NCBI GenBank assembly: GCA_963769425.1
Contig: CAVYLP010000001.1
Coordinates: 192,001 to 256,000 of the forward strand
Origin: Candidatus Bathyarchaeota archaeon
GTDB taxonomy: Archaea; Thermoproteota; Bathyarchaeia; TCS64
Direction: 5' to 3'
Length of the DNA stretch: 64,000 nucleotides
A program made the translations under genes and the position numbers. Shown piece by piece: positions 9,946 through 20,061 of the stretch. Under the pieces are notes generated by a model. That model saw only the letters and a list, made by a program, of their open reading frames with translations, made no database searches and was not told the origin of the DNA. The first letter of the stretch is position 1, and every line of letters begins with the position of its first letter.

Positions 9946-11366
9946 TTCCCCAGTGGCGCGATGCTGAAGGCCACCGCGAAGTAGCCCATCCAGTAGACGA
10001 GGAGGTAAGCCATTATGCCCCAAGACGCGTTGACGAAGGCGAACATTATCCCGAGCGAGGTGTAGACGAGCATGAACATCTCGAGCCACGGCAGCTCCTT
10101 CAGCGTGGCGTAGCTGGACTCTATTTTATCGCTCTTCTTCACGACGTTGTACTTAGGGACGCGCTCGTATTGGCCCCCGTTCTTCATGAGCCCTTTAAAC
10201 ATTTCAACGGAGACCTTTGCGGAGATACCGTAGCCGACGAGGGCAAGGAGCCCGATGTAGGGGAGTTTCTTGAAGAGGCTCTGGTTCTGCCACCTCAGGG
10301 TGGCGTAGTAGAGTGTGAAGCTGCTGAGGGTGCATACCCCAAAGAGGCCGACGTACCATGGTGTGGTTACGTACGGGAACTTGTTCATGGCGAGGAGGGG
10401 GACCGTGACGAGTAGCCCAATGAACATCCAGAGTATGACCATGTAGTAGGTGAGGTGGATGCTCGCCTCGACCTTCTGGAGGAGGGTGCGTGGGCTCTTC
10501 CACACTGCGCCGAGGAACTTCTTGGCGCACTGGACGCTTCCCCTCGCCCACCGACCCTGCTGGGTCCTGAAGGCAGCCATGTTTGGGGGAATCTCACCCA
10601 TGACAGTGAGGTCCCGTAGGTAGAGGGTCTTCCACCCCTTGTTCTGCACCCTATAGCTGATGTCTATGTCCTCACTGAGTATGTCCCAACTCCACCCGCC
10701 GACATCCCTAATCGCCTCGGTCCTGAGGAGACCCGCGGAGCCATTGAAGTTGACTATACCTATGGCGCTTCGGGCGGACTGCTCCACGATGTGATACGCA
10801 TCTATGCCGAGGGAGAACGCCTCCGTGAACTTGCTGTAGTCCCTGTTAAGGTGGTCCCACCGAGCCTGGACTATGCCTATCTTGGGGTCAGTCTCTATTG
10901 CTGCAACGGTACGTTCGAGGAAATCCCTCGGGGGGACAAAGTCGGCGTCGATGACGGCGAGGTACTTGCCGTGGGTGAACTCGAGGGCGTTCTTGAGGGC
11001 CCCCGCGCGGTAGCCGATGCGCTCGGGGCGGCGGATTACGCTAATGTTGATCCCCTGTGCGCTCCTTACGGCAACCTCCTTATCCACGATCTCCTTCGTC
11101 TCGTCGGTACTGTCGTCGAGTATTAGAACCTCAAGCTTGTCACGTGGCCAGTCGAGGTTACATATAGCGTCAATCAGCCTCCCGACGACGTGCTTCTCGT
11201 TGTAGACGGGAAGCTGGATGGTGACCATGTTGTGGTTCCTGACGATGTTCGGGCTGGGTCCCTTGTACCTCCGAGAGTAGAGGACCATGACGAAGCAGTT
11301 GTACCCGTATGGTAGCATCAGGAAGGTGAAGAGGAAGTAGAGGGCTACCAGGACTGTTTCTATCAA
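9942..11366 (-). CDS. GT2 cellulose synthase-like (CslA-like) glycosyltransferase
   Basis: VTIQLPVYNE, LDDSTD, IDADF, VQARWDHLN, FNGSAG, LSEDID, QQGRWARG, C-terminal TMs. Confidence 0.93.
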   Translation of the reverse strand: MIETVLVALYFLFTFLMLPYGYNCFVMVLYSRRYKGPSPNIVRNHNMVTIQLPVYNEKHVVGRLIDAICNLDWPRDKLEVLILDDSTDETKEIVDKEVAVRSAQGINISVIRRPERIGYRAGALKNALEFTHGKYLAVIDADFVPPRDFLERTVAAIETDPKIGIVQARWDHLNRDYSKFTEAFSLGIDAYHIVEQSARSAIGIVNFNGSAGLLRTEAIRDVGGWSWDILSEDIDISYRVQNKGWKTLYLRDLTVMGEIPPNMAAFRTQQGRWARGSVQCAKKFLGAVWKSPRTLLQKVEASIHLTYYMVILWMFIGLLVTVPLLAMNKFPYVTTPWYVGLFGVCTLSSFTLYYATLRWQNQSLFKKLPYIGLLALVGYGISAKVSVEMFKGLMKNGGQYERVPKYNVVKKSDKIESSYATLKELPWLEMFMLVYTSLGIMFAFVNASWGIMAYLLVYWMGYFAVAFSIAPLGN

Positions 11367-11450
11367 GCTTGTGCCTCGTCATTTCATCGTTTGCTTGTGG
11401 GGGCGGTTAGCACTCAAGCCCCACGCGGAGAAAAGGGTTGTGGGTAGTGA

Positions 11451-12206
11451 CTAGAATAGTACGCTCATGCAGGTGAGGGCGCCATCGCACTTCTGTATCT
11501 CAGAGACATTGAGGACGACGACGTCGAAGCCCGCCTCCTCCACCATCTTGTGGGCCTCCGGATAGCCCTCCGCCATGAGGACGGTATCACCGACTGCGAG
11601 GGTGTCCGCAGCGTACTCGTTGTCGCTGGGCGGGATGATGATCTGGAACCCCTCGAGGGCGGGGTGGGTCGCGTACCGCTCAGTGGCGATCATTATGTCC
11701 CTCCCGAGGTAGGTCACGTAGCTCTTCAGGTGCATGATGGATGGGTCGAAGACGGTGGCGACTGGCACCTCGAGCCACTCCTGCATCTGAGCGATGCCCT
11801 CGGGGTTCGTCCGCTGGCTTATCCCGCTGATGAGCTTGTCGTCGAGGTGGACGACGTCTCCCCCCTCGACGGTGGCGGGGCTGGTCGCCCTTTTCACCTT
11901 GAGGTACTGCTTGAGGACCGCCTCAACGCCTGTTTCCTCACCACGGCGGCTCGTCTTCGCCATCCTGCAGATGAGGGCCTTACCACCGTGAACGACGACA
12001 TTATCCTCGACGAAGACGGAGTCGGGGCGCTCGTCGTCCCGTGGGACGTGTATGATCTCAAGCCCGATCTCCTTCAGCGCCGAGCAGTAAGCTGCGTGCT
12101 GCTCCCTCGCCAGATTTAAGTCGAGGGTCGAGTGGAGGGGGTGCGTCGACAGGCAGCTCTTGTACCTGTTGCCTATGTCGCGGACGAGTGCTCTCTTAGG
12201 CTCCAT
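11451..12206 (-). CDS. Dimethylarginine dimethylaminohydrolase (amidinotransferase family)
   Basis: PDSVFVED, SRRGE, EGGDV, RTN.EG, HLKS, DGALTCMS; likely ATG 12206. Confidence 0.9.
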   Translation of the reverse strand: MEPKRALVRDIGNRYKSCLSTHPLHSTLDLNLAREQHAAYCSALKEIGLEIIHVPRDDERPDSVFVEDNVVVHGGKALICRMAKTSRRGEETGVEAVLKQYLKVKRATSPATVEGGDVVHLDDKLISGISQRTNPEGIAQMQEWLEVPVATVFDPSIMHLKSYVTYLGRDIMIATERYATHPALEGFQIIIPPSDNEYAADTLAVGDTVLMAEGYPEAHKMVEEAGFDVVVLNVSEIQKCDGALTCMSVLF

Positions 12207-12304
12207 AGAAGACACTGTTTGGGTTGATCGGTGGATTGCCCTTAAAACCGTTGAGCTCGCCAAACCTTAAACCGTTGTCCACCTCCACATAGCTGTGAAG
12301 AAGT

Positions 12305-13402
12305 ATGCCAGTTGACATGTACAAGGTCCTGAAGGAGCTCATGAGCGCCCCAGCCGTGACGGGGTTCGAAGAGCCGAGAAGGAAGAAGGTAATCGAGCAG
12401 TACTCGAAGTACTGCGATACGGTCTCCGTTGACGTTATCGGGAACGTCGTGGGGACTATCGGCTCCGGGGAGAGGGCGGTGATGCTCGCAGGACACTACG
12501 ACCAGATCGGGTTCCTCGTGAAGCACGTGGACGAGAAGGGGTATGTCAGCTTCGACCAGGTCGGCGGCTGGGACCCACGCGTCGCCTATGGGACGAGGGT
12601 GAAGATATGGGTCGGCGACGGAGTGGAAGACTTCGTCGTCGGCACTATCGGGACGAAGGCGGCACACCTCACGGACGCCGCCGAGAGGGAGAAGGCCATC
12701 CCGCTCAAGGACATGAGGATAGACTTAGGTGCATCGTCTGCGGAGGAAGCTGAGAAGATGGGGGTCAGGATCGGCTGCCCGTGCACACCGATCGCAGAGG
12801 TGGAGTACCTCGGAAAGGAGGGATCAGACATGGTCATCGGCCCAGCCTTCGACGACGTCTGCGCAGTTGCTGCTTTCATAGAGGCCCTCGACATCCTCAC
12901 TAAGGACCCGCCGAAGAAGGTTAAGGTCTACGCAGTCGCTACGACTCAGGAGGAGATAGGTCTCAGGGGGGCGCAGGTCAGCGCCTACAACATCCAGCCC
13001 TGGGCCGCAATCGCGGCGGATGTGACGCATGCTGTTGCGCCGGGGGTAGATGCTAACAGGGTCGGGGACGTCCAGATCGGTAAGGGCCCCGTCGTGGGTA
13101 TAGGCGCCAACTTCACCCGCGCTCTCTGGGAGATGATGGAGAAGGAGGCGAAGAGGGGAAAGATACCCGTGCAGAGGCAGGGCGTCCCATCCGCAAGCGG
13201 GACCGACGCCTGGGCCATACAGGTCACACGTGGCGGTACCATCACCGGCCTAATAAGTCTCCCCAACCGCTACATGCACAGTCCCAACGAGGTCGTCAGC
13301 CTCAGCGACCTTACAAACGCCGGGAAGCTCATAGCTGCCACTGTAAAGGCCCTCGACAAGAGTAGCCTCCAGCACAACGTCGAGGTCTACAGGAAGAAGT
13401 AG
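12305..13402 (+). CDS. M42 family aminopeptidase
   Basis: GHYDQIG, GGWDPR, FDD, QEEIGLRGA, DVTHA, SGTDA, RYMHSP. Confidence 0.93.
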   Translation: MPVDMYKVLKELMSAPAVTGFEEPRRKKVIEQYSKYCDTVSVDVIGNVVGTIGSGERAVMLAGHYDQIGFLVKHVDEKGYVSFDQVGGWDPRVAYGTRVKIWVGDGVEDFVVGTIGTKAAHLTDAAEREKAIPLKDMRIDLGASSAEEAEKMGVRIGCPCTPIAEVEYLGKEGSDMVIGPAFDDVCAVAAFIEALDILTKDPPKKVKVYAVATTQEEIGLRGAQVSAYNIQPWAAIAADVTHAVAPGVDANRVGDVQIGKGPVVGIGANFTRALWEMMEKEAKRGKIPVQRQGVPSASGTDAWAIQVTRGGTITGLISLPNRYMHSPNEVVSLSDLTNAGKLIAATVKALDKSSLQHNVEVYRKK

Positions 13403-13430
13403 TCGATAAAATTTTTCAACGGACTCCCCA

Positions 13431-13901
13431 ATGGTTCATTGGGGAAGCTTCCTGAAGACATCACAGATCATCGGGGTTGTTCTCATCATCCTTGAGGTTG
13501 CGGGGGTGGGGTTGTTCCTGCTTAGCGGGCAGACCATATTCTCGCTGATAGGTACGGTCACGCCAAAGGGAGGCGCACCAAACGTCTCAGTCGATGAGCA
13601 TACCCAGGTTGTAACTATAACGTTCACCTTCACACCCCACAACACGGGCTATCTAGCCGCCCGCTTGAACCTCGGCTTCGGCCTCACGCTCACGGATGGC
13701 TCCTTCACCGTTAGAAACACCACTTCGATCTACCTCACACCGGGGGCGCAGCAAAACGTTGACCTATCCATCAAGGTGCCGGTTAGCAAGTTGCAGGAAT
13801 ACGCCGATGCGAAGGGGACCCTAGACATCTACACGAGTATAATCACTCTGAACGATCTTGTCAGGATCGACTACAACTCGAAGGCGGAGGGAGGCGGCTG
13901 A
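13431..13901 (+). CDS. Membrane-anchored hypothetical protein
   Basis: N-terminal TM followed by a beta-rich soluble domain. Confidence 0.7.
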   Translation: MVHWGSFLKTSQIIGVVLIILEVAGVGLFLLSGQTIFSLIGTVTPKGGAPNVSVDEHTQVVTITFTFTPHNTGYLAARLNLGFGLTLTDGSFTVRNTTSIYLTPGAQQNVDLSIKVPVSKLQEYADAKGTLDIYTSIITLNDLVRIDYNSKAEGGG

Positions 13902-13902
13902 C

Positions 13903-14403
13903 ATGGTGCTGAGGTGGGGCGAGGTAGCCAGTGCGCTGCTCACGTTCCTCATCCTAGTCGTGCTACCCCTGGCGGCCATCCGGCTCATCCCCCTGCAGAC
14001 ACTCGACCAGCTAGCGGCGACGGGGCTCGACGTACAGAGCCTCGCCACTCAGACGGCGCTGCTCGGCCTCGTGGTATCCGCCATCTCCCTTGCCAAGGCA
14101 ATCACCGCTAGCACTTCCATAGCCTACCTGATTCTCGACGTATCCTCGAATCTCGTATCACTCGCTTTCGCCCTCCTCATAGTAGGTGTCGGAAACATCG
14201 GGAGTCTTGGCTACAGTAGCTTCAAACTCACGCAGGGAAAAGTCACAACAGAGATACTCCTAGATCTCAGGGTATTCATCTGGCTGACTATAGGGGTGGT
14301 GGCCCTCAACGTGTTACAGGCTCTGGTGAAGTTCCGCGATGCAAGTGCAGAGGAGGAAAAGAAACGCCGTGAAGCGGACCTAAAATTCCCTAATATAGTT
14401 TGA
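13903..14403 (+). CDS. Hypothetical membrane protein (~4 TM)
   Basis: GGAGG SD before ATG 13903; hydrophobic segments; directly follows 13431-13901. Confidence 0.7.
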   Translation: MVLRWGEVASALLTFLILVVLPLAAIRLIPLQTLDQLAATGLDVQSLATQTALLGLVVSAISLAKAITASTSIAYLILDVSSNLVSLAFALLIVGVGNIGSLGYSSFKLTQGKVTTEILLDLRVFIWLTIGVVALNVLQALVKFRDASAEEEKKRREADLKFPNIV

Positions 14404-14442
14404 ACTAACGTTTTATTCAGGCGCGGTTGTTAGTGGGTTAAA

Positions 14443-15459
14443 TTGATTCGCGTTGCGATCAGCGGAATCCCACGTGGCCACCAGTCACCACGCCTAGACG
14501 GGAACTGGCTCACGGAGAAGCAGCGCCAGAGAATTCTCTCAGTCTCGTCGAAGATTGAGCTACGGGAGCTTCCCGAGCAGGTCGTCCACGATATGGAGTG
14601 GGTCGAGGGAGTGGAGGTTGCCCTCGTTGAGGGTGGTAACTACACGCACTACACTGGTGAGCTTGACAGGGCGGACTACGAAAAGTTCTTCACGCCCAGC
14701 CTCCGCTGGGTTCAGCTCTGCAGCACGGGCTTCAGCGACAATATAACCACAGAGATAATCGACGGAAGGGTCACCCTCACTAACAGTCCCGGGATACACA
14801 CTATCCCGATAGCGGAGAGCGTCATGGCTGCGGTGCTTGAGCACGCGAAGCGCTTCAGGCAAAGGAGGGTTGATCAAAGAGATCGTAGGTGGAGGCAGCT
14901 CATGTGCGAGGACCTTGAGGGGCAGACGATCCTTCTCATCGGCCTCGGCAACCTGGGTAAGCGTGTTGCAAACCTTTCAAAGGCGTTCGACATGCGGGTC
15001 ATCGGTACAAAGAAGACAATCGAACCGGTGCCCAACGTCGACGAGGTCTTCCCACCATCGAAGCTAGTAGATCACATCCCCGAGGCGGACTATGTGGTGG
15101 AGCTCGCCCCTCTGACCACAGAGACGGAGGGACTCATCGGCGAAGCCGCCTTCAGTGTGATGAAAAGGAGCTGTTACTTCATCAACGTAGGCCGAGGCAG
15201 GGTTGCCGACGAGGAGGCGATGACGAGAGCATTAAAGGAGCACCGAATCGCGGGGGCATACCTAGATTGCTTCGGCGTCGAGCCCCTGCCAGCGGATAGC
15301 CCACTCTGGGGGTTGGACAACGTCTTTCTGGTGCCGCATGACAGCCACTCGAGCCCGAAGATCGGGGAGAGGCTCGTCACCCAATTTTGTGAGAATCTCA
15401 GTAGGTATGTCGCCGGGGAGCCTCTGCTAAACGTCTGCGATCCCCGCCGCGGCTATTAG
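14443..15459 (+). CDS. D-2-hydroxyacid dehydrogenase family protein
   Basis: IGLGNLG, INVGRG, LDCFGVEPLP, PH motif, CDPRRGY terminus. Confidence 0.92.
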   Translation: MIRVAISGIPRGHQSPRLDGNWLTEKQRQRILSVSSKIELRELPEQVVHDMEWVEGVEVALVEGGNYTHYTGELDRADYEKFFTPSLRWVQLCSTGFSDNITTEIIDGRVTLTNSPGIHTIPIAESVMAAVLEHAKRFRQRRVDQRDRRWRQLMCEDLEGQTILLIGLGNLGKRVANLSKAFDMRVIGTKKTIEPVPNVDEVFPPSKLVDHIPEADYVVELAPLTTETEGLIGEAAFSVMKRSCYFINVGRGRVADEEAMTRALKEHRIAGAYLDCFGVEPLPADSPLWGLDNVFLVPHDSHSSPKIGERLVTQFCENLSRYVAGEPLLNVCDPRRGY

Positions 15460-15491
15460 AGTTAAATCCCGTCCGCGCCACTTCTCCCCCG

Positions 15492-16340
15492 ATGTCTCTT
15501 CTCTTTAGGAAGCTCGGCGCGAGGCTAGGGGAGGCCTCGGAGCGCTACGAAGGCGTAATGGGGGTCGCGGTCAAGGACCTCACCAACAGCGATTTTTTCG
15601 CGGTCAACGGCGACGAGGTCTTCCCCGTAGCGAGCACCATCAAGGTACCGATACTGATCGAGTTCTACAGACGAGTAGAAGCGAAGACCCTAGACCCTAT
15701 GTCACCTGTGACGTACGTCGAGGCGCACAAGACGGGCGGGAGCGGGGTCATCAAGACACTGACCCCTGGGACAGTGACGATGACCATCATCGACTACGCC
15801 ACGCTGATGATCAACGTGAGCGACAACTCTACCACCAACTACTTCATCGACCTACTCGGGATGGACCAGATCAACGCGCTCATCTCCACGCTCGGCCTCA
15901 GGGAGACGCGCCTCGCACGGAAGATGATGGACCTCGAGGCGTTCAAGGCAGGGAAGGACAGTTTCACTACGCCCAGAGAGCTCATCGCAATATTCGAGGA
16001 ACTCCACAAGCCCAGCATCCTGAGCCCTTTCGTCTGCGAGGAGACACTGAAGATGCTTGGGAAGCCGAAGGAGGGAATGGTTCAGGGAGTCATCAGGAAT
16101 GCAGTCCCTGACTCGGTCGAGGTTGCAGATAAGTCGGGGTGGGTCGGTGGGGCGACACTCGACGCAGGCATAGTCAAGCAGCAGAGGCATCCATACGTGG
16201 TAGCGCTCCTAGCCAAGCATATCCCTGCCTCCGATCTCCACATGGTTAACGCCCTCAACGCTCTCACTGAGGCTGCGAGGCTCATCCAAGCCTACTTCGA
16301 GGAGGTCTCCGCCTCCACCCCACATGGGCGGAAGCTCTAG
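15492..16340 (+). CDS. Class A beta-lactamase-like serine hydrolase
   Basis: FPVASTIK (SxxK), SDN, KSG motifs. Confidence 0.88.
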   Translation: MSLLFRKLGARLGEASERYEGVMGVAVKDLTNSDFFAVNGDEVFPVASTIKVPILIEFYRRVEAKTLDPMSPVTYVEAHKTGGSGVIKTLTPGTVTMTIIDYATLMINVSDNSTTNYFIDLLGMDQINALISTLGLRETRLARKMMDLEAFKAGKDSFTTPRELIAIFEELHKPSILSPFVCEETLKMLGKPKEGMVQGVIRNAVPDSVEVADKSGWVGGATLDAGIVKQQRHPYVVALLAKHIPASDLHMVNALNALTEAARLIQAYFEEVSASTPHGRKL

Positions 16341-16388
16341 CGGGGCAGTGTTTAAGACCGAGAACAGTCGCCATGTTTTGAAGAATCA

Positions 16389-17339
16389 ATGCCCACCGCA
16401 AGCATAACCCACGGCGACGACCTCGACGGCCTCACCTGTGGGGCGATACTAATCCACCTCTTCGACGCGGTGGTGACCCCGGCGAACTATGACGACCTCG
16501 AGGAGGCCCTCGCCGGCGTGGGAAAGGACGTGGATAAGCTTTTCATAACGGACCTGAACCTCAGAGAGGCGCTCATCCCCTACATAGAGACGATTACCAC
16601 ACACGCCTCAGTCACTATAATCGACCACCACCCCATGGAGGCCAGCCTAGCCAAGCGCCTACGCGACCTAGGAGTCGAGATAGTCCACGACACAAAGGAC
16701 TGCGCTGCAGCACTCGTTTACGACCACTTCAAAAACAAGCTGGAGATCGACGCAGCGCGCCTAGCCGCCTACGCCGCCGTCTCCGACATGTTCGAGGACG
16801 GACCCGTTGCCTCGCGCCTAATGGACGGCATGGACAGGAAGTTTGTGCACCACGAGGCGTTGATGCTCAGTGCAGCGCTGGGGAGCAACCAGTCCACTTC
16901 CTTCAAGGTGAGACTCCTCCGGGAGCTTAGCAATTATGCCTACCCCCATAGGATCAGGGGTGTAGTTAAGGCATCGGTCGACCAACTCGAAAAGATCGTG
17001 AGGATCAAGGAGACGATCAAGGGTAGGGTGCGGGTCATCGGTCGCCTCGCCGTCATGGAGTGCGGCGACGACTCCTCCACCGGAGAGGTCGCCAACATAA
17101 TCATGGACACAATGCTCGTCCCCGTGGGCATGTGCTGGAAGGACCAGGGGGAGATGGTGAACATAAGTCTCCGCGGCGAGAGGAGGCTACCCGAGCACCT
17201 CGGAGACCTCGTCTCAAGTCTCTCGGCCAAGTATGGTGGCTTCGGCGGGGGCCACGCCCGCGCGAGCGGCGCGAAGGTGCCGAAGGAGAAGCTCAACGCA
17301 TTCATCGAGGAAATCGCGAAGGCCCTCAATGGACATTAA
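16389..17339 (+). CDS. DHH family phosphoesterase with DHHA1 domain
   Basis: THGDDLDG, ITDL, IDHH, ISLRG, GGGHARASG. Confidence 0.9.
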   Translation: MPTASITHGDDLDGLTCGAILIHLFDAVVTPANYDDLEEALAGVGKDVDKLFITDLNLREALIPYIETITTHASVTIIDHHPMEASLAKRLRDLGVEIVHDTKDCAAALVYDHFKNKLEIDAARLAAYAAVSDMFEDGPVASRLMDGMDRKFVHHEALMLSAALGSNQSTSFKVRLLRELSNYAYPHRIRGVVKASVDQLEKIVRIKETIKGRVRVIGRLAVMECGDDSSTGEVANIIMDTMLVPVGMCWKDQGEMVNISLRGERRLPEHLGDLVSSLSAKYGGFGGGHARASGAKVPKEKLNAFIEEIAKALNGH

Positions 17340-17772
17340 GCCTCTGCCTCCACCTCGCCCTCTTCTTGGCGTCCCTTATCCGCTCGTCGAGGGGCCTCAT
17401 GCGGGTGGGATTGAAGGGCATCCACTCATCCCTCTCCGCGTCGGGTCCTATCAACTCCGTGCTTCTGCAGATTGTGAGGCGAAGGTTCTCGATGCCGTTT
17501 GTAGGGATGTCTGTCTGTAGGACCTTCATGGCTCGGGCGAGGCGAATCATCGCTGAAAGCTTGAATGGGTCGTCGAGCCCGAACTCGTCGGCTCGCCTGT
17601 ACGTGACCTCCCTCTCCTGCCCCGTGTCGGAGTAGACGACAACGTCCACGTTCTCGTCCCTCGCCTGCACAGGGTAGAAGAAACGGCGGAAGACCCTTAC
17701 CCGGGTCCGCCTCCCCTCAAAGACGACGACAAGCCCCGGCTCGGCGGAGGACACGGTATACTCGTCGCCCAC
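17326..17772 (-). CDS. Hypothetical protein
   Basis: 148-aa ORF, TATA-like TTTTCAA just upstream; no family recognised. Confidence 0.6.
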   Translation of the reverse strand: MGDEYTVSSAEPGLVVVFEGRRTRVRVFRRFFYPVQARDENVDVVVYSDTGQEREVTYRRADEFGLDDPFKLSAMIRLARAMKVLQTDIPTNGIENLRLTICRSTELIGPDAERDEWMPFNPTRMRPLDERIRDAKKRARWRQRLNVH

Positions 17773-17839
17773 GCGTTGAAAAGACCACGGGTGGCGGTCA
17801 ACCGTTTATACCCCCGACGGGCATCTCTGATCGATAATC

Positions 17840-18600
17840 ATGAAGCTCGCAGAGGTCTCCTGGGTCGAGGCGCAAGCGATCCTGAAGAAGGTCGACACCG
17901 TCATCCTGCCCGTGGGGAGCACGGAGCAGCACGGGCCGCATTGCCCTCTAGGTACGGACCACATGACGGCGGACGCCGTGGCAAACATGGTCGGGGACAG
18001 GGTCAAGCTCCCGGTTCTCCCCGTAGTCCCAGTCGGTGTCAGCAGCCACCACAGGCAGTTCCCCGGCACACTCTGGGCGCCACCATCGGTCTTCCGGGAG
18101 TACGTCAAAGCCATAATACTCAGCGCCTCAAGCCACGGCCCACGAAGTTCATAATAATCAACGGCCACGGCGGCAATACTGCTAGCCTCAAGGAGGTCGC
18201 TGAAGACCTACGAAGCGACGAGGACATATTCGTCGCCATTGCTACCGCATACCCGACTAAATTGGACGGCCACGCCGGAGAAGATGAGACGAGCATCATG
18301 CTCTACCTACGCCCCGAGCTGGTGAAGATGGAGAAGGCCGTCGACACTAAGCAGAACGAGGCCTTGGCCGGCATCAGGATGAAGACACAGAAGGTAGGCC
18401 CCGCCGACTTCGGCTTCGACACGATTGACCTAAGCCCCACTGGGGTATTCGGCGCGGCGGGAAAGACGATCGAGGCGACGAAGGCGACCGCCGCACACGG
18501 CGAGGAGATCGTAAAGACCCACGTCGATGAACTATGCGCCTTCGCGGAGGAATTGAAGAAGGCGAAGCTTGAGGAACTACTCCCAAAGCCACACAAGTAA
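17840..18600 (+). CDS. Creatininase family protein (frameshift near 18140)
   Basis: LPVGSTEQHGPHCPLGTD in one frame; INGHGGN, GHAGEDETS, TGVFG in another; adding one C to GGCCCACG restores the frame. Confidence 0.88.
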
Positions 18601-18621
18601 GCGGAAACCGAGTAGATTCGG

Positions 18622-18978
18622 CTACTTCTTCGGGATTTTACCACGCATAAAGAGGGCGACGACCCCAAGAACAACCATCGGCAACCCGAACATCGGGTTG
18701 ACGAGTGTCAGGAAGAGCCCGGGGAGGATCAGCAGAACCCCGGATAGGAGGGCGAAGAGCCTGCTTGGGCGGAAAGCCGCGGCGACAGCGAGCAAGCCCC
18801 CGAGTATAGCCGGTACCATCACGTAGGTGACGAGTTGGAAGAGCAGGGCGTCCTCTCCGCCGGTTCCGTTGAAGCCTCTTATCCCAGCCGTCCCGACGAG
18901 GATAATGCCGATTAGTAGCGTAATTATCCCAATGACCAGAAACACGATCTTCTGTGAACTCGACAAATTAGACCACAA
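18622..18978 (-). CDS. Hypothetical membrane protein
   Basis: About four hydrophobic segments. Confidence 0.65.
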   Translation of the reverse strand: MWSNLSSSQKIVFLVIGIITLLIGIILVGTAGIRGFNGTGGEDALLFQLVTYVMVPAILGGLLAVAAAFRPSRLFALLSGVLLILPGLFLTLVNPMFGLPMVVLGVVALFMRGKIPKK

Positions 18979-19021
18979 AAAGGCGGTGATATGTAGTATA
19001 AATAGGTATTGAAAGGAAGTA

Positions 19022-20023
19022 TTAGAGTAGGAATCCGCCCTTGAGGGGGTCGTCGGGGTCGATGACCACCTGCGTGAACGCGGTGATGTAGGCGGAGGCG
19101 AGGACGTCGGGGACTATCGCCTTGTATTTCCCCACCTTGACCTCCTTCGCGATCCTGCCAGTCATCACGGTGCTGATGGTGGACTCGAACTTGACCTCCT
19201 GCCCGGGCTTCAGCTCGCCCTTGCCGTAGAGGGCAGCCATCCTCGCGTTCGTGCATGTGCCCGCGGGGCTCCTGCACGTCTGCTTGGGGCCGAAGACGTT
19301 CCAGTGCCTGCTCGTGTACTCCTTCTTGCTCGGCTTCGTGTAGAAGGTGACGAGGTCGAGGATATTCAGTTCGGGGTACACAGGGTGGTCTACTTTGATG
19401 CTGTCGGCTATGAAGTTTCTTATCTTCCACCCGAGGGGTATCCACTCGCCCTTGTTCTCGAGGGTGGGTTTTAGGCCGATGCTGTCCGCGTTGATGAAGG
19501 CATACCAGAGCCCGCCGTAGGCGATGTCCGCTTCGACTTCGCCCACCTTGGGGACGTCGAACTTCATCGTCTTCCAGTAGAAGCTGGGGACGCCCTGCAT
19601 GGCGATGCTCTTGGCGACGCCGTCCTTGACCTCGACCTTCGTCTTGACTAGGCCGCTGACGGTGTCGAATGTGATCTCCGTGTACGGCTCCTTGACGTCG
19701 ACCATGCCCGTGTTGACAAGTGCGGCGCTACAACTGTACGTGGAGTCGCCGCAGGCGCTGAAGTATCCGTCGGTCCAGAGGTAGATGACTCCGACATCTG
19801 CCTCGGGGACGGTGGACTCGGTCAGGACGCTGCCGAGCATGCCGTCGAAGCCTCTCGGCTCCTTCATCAGGGTGCCGAGGAGACTGTGGTAGTGATCCTG
19901 AAAATACTTCTGCTTCTCCGCCATCGTCTTACCGCGTAGCTTCGGCAGCCCACCGACGACGATCCTCGTGGACTCGCCGCTGCAGTGGGTGTCGATGCAC
20001 GAGAGGTACCTGCTGAACTTCAA
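19022..20023 (-). CDS. Proline racemase family protein, non-canonical catalytic motifs
   Basis: IDTHCSGESTR, EPRG, ACGD, DIAYGG, RSPAGTCT.ARMA, DPDDPLKGGF. Confidence 0.9.
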   Translation of the reverse strand: MKFSRYLSCIDTHCSGESTRIVVGGLPKLRGKTMAEKQKYFQDHYHSLLGTLMKEPRGFDGMLGSVLTESTVPEADVGVIYLWTDGYFSACGDSTYSCSAALVNTGMVDVKEPYTEITFDTVSGLVKTKVEVKDGVAKSIAMQGVPSFYWKTMKFDVPKVGEVEADIAYGGLWYAFINADSIGLKPTLENKGEWIPLGWKIRNFIADSIKVDHPVYPELNILDLVTFYTKPSKKEYTSRHWNVFGPKQTCRSPAGTCTNARMAALYGKGELKPGQEVKFESTISTVMTGRIAKEVKVGKYKAIVPDVLASAYITAFTQVVIDPDDPLKGGFLL

Positions 20024-20061
20024 ACCGGTTACACCGAGTAGAGGTTAGGCTCGACGCGGAT

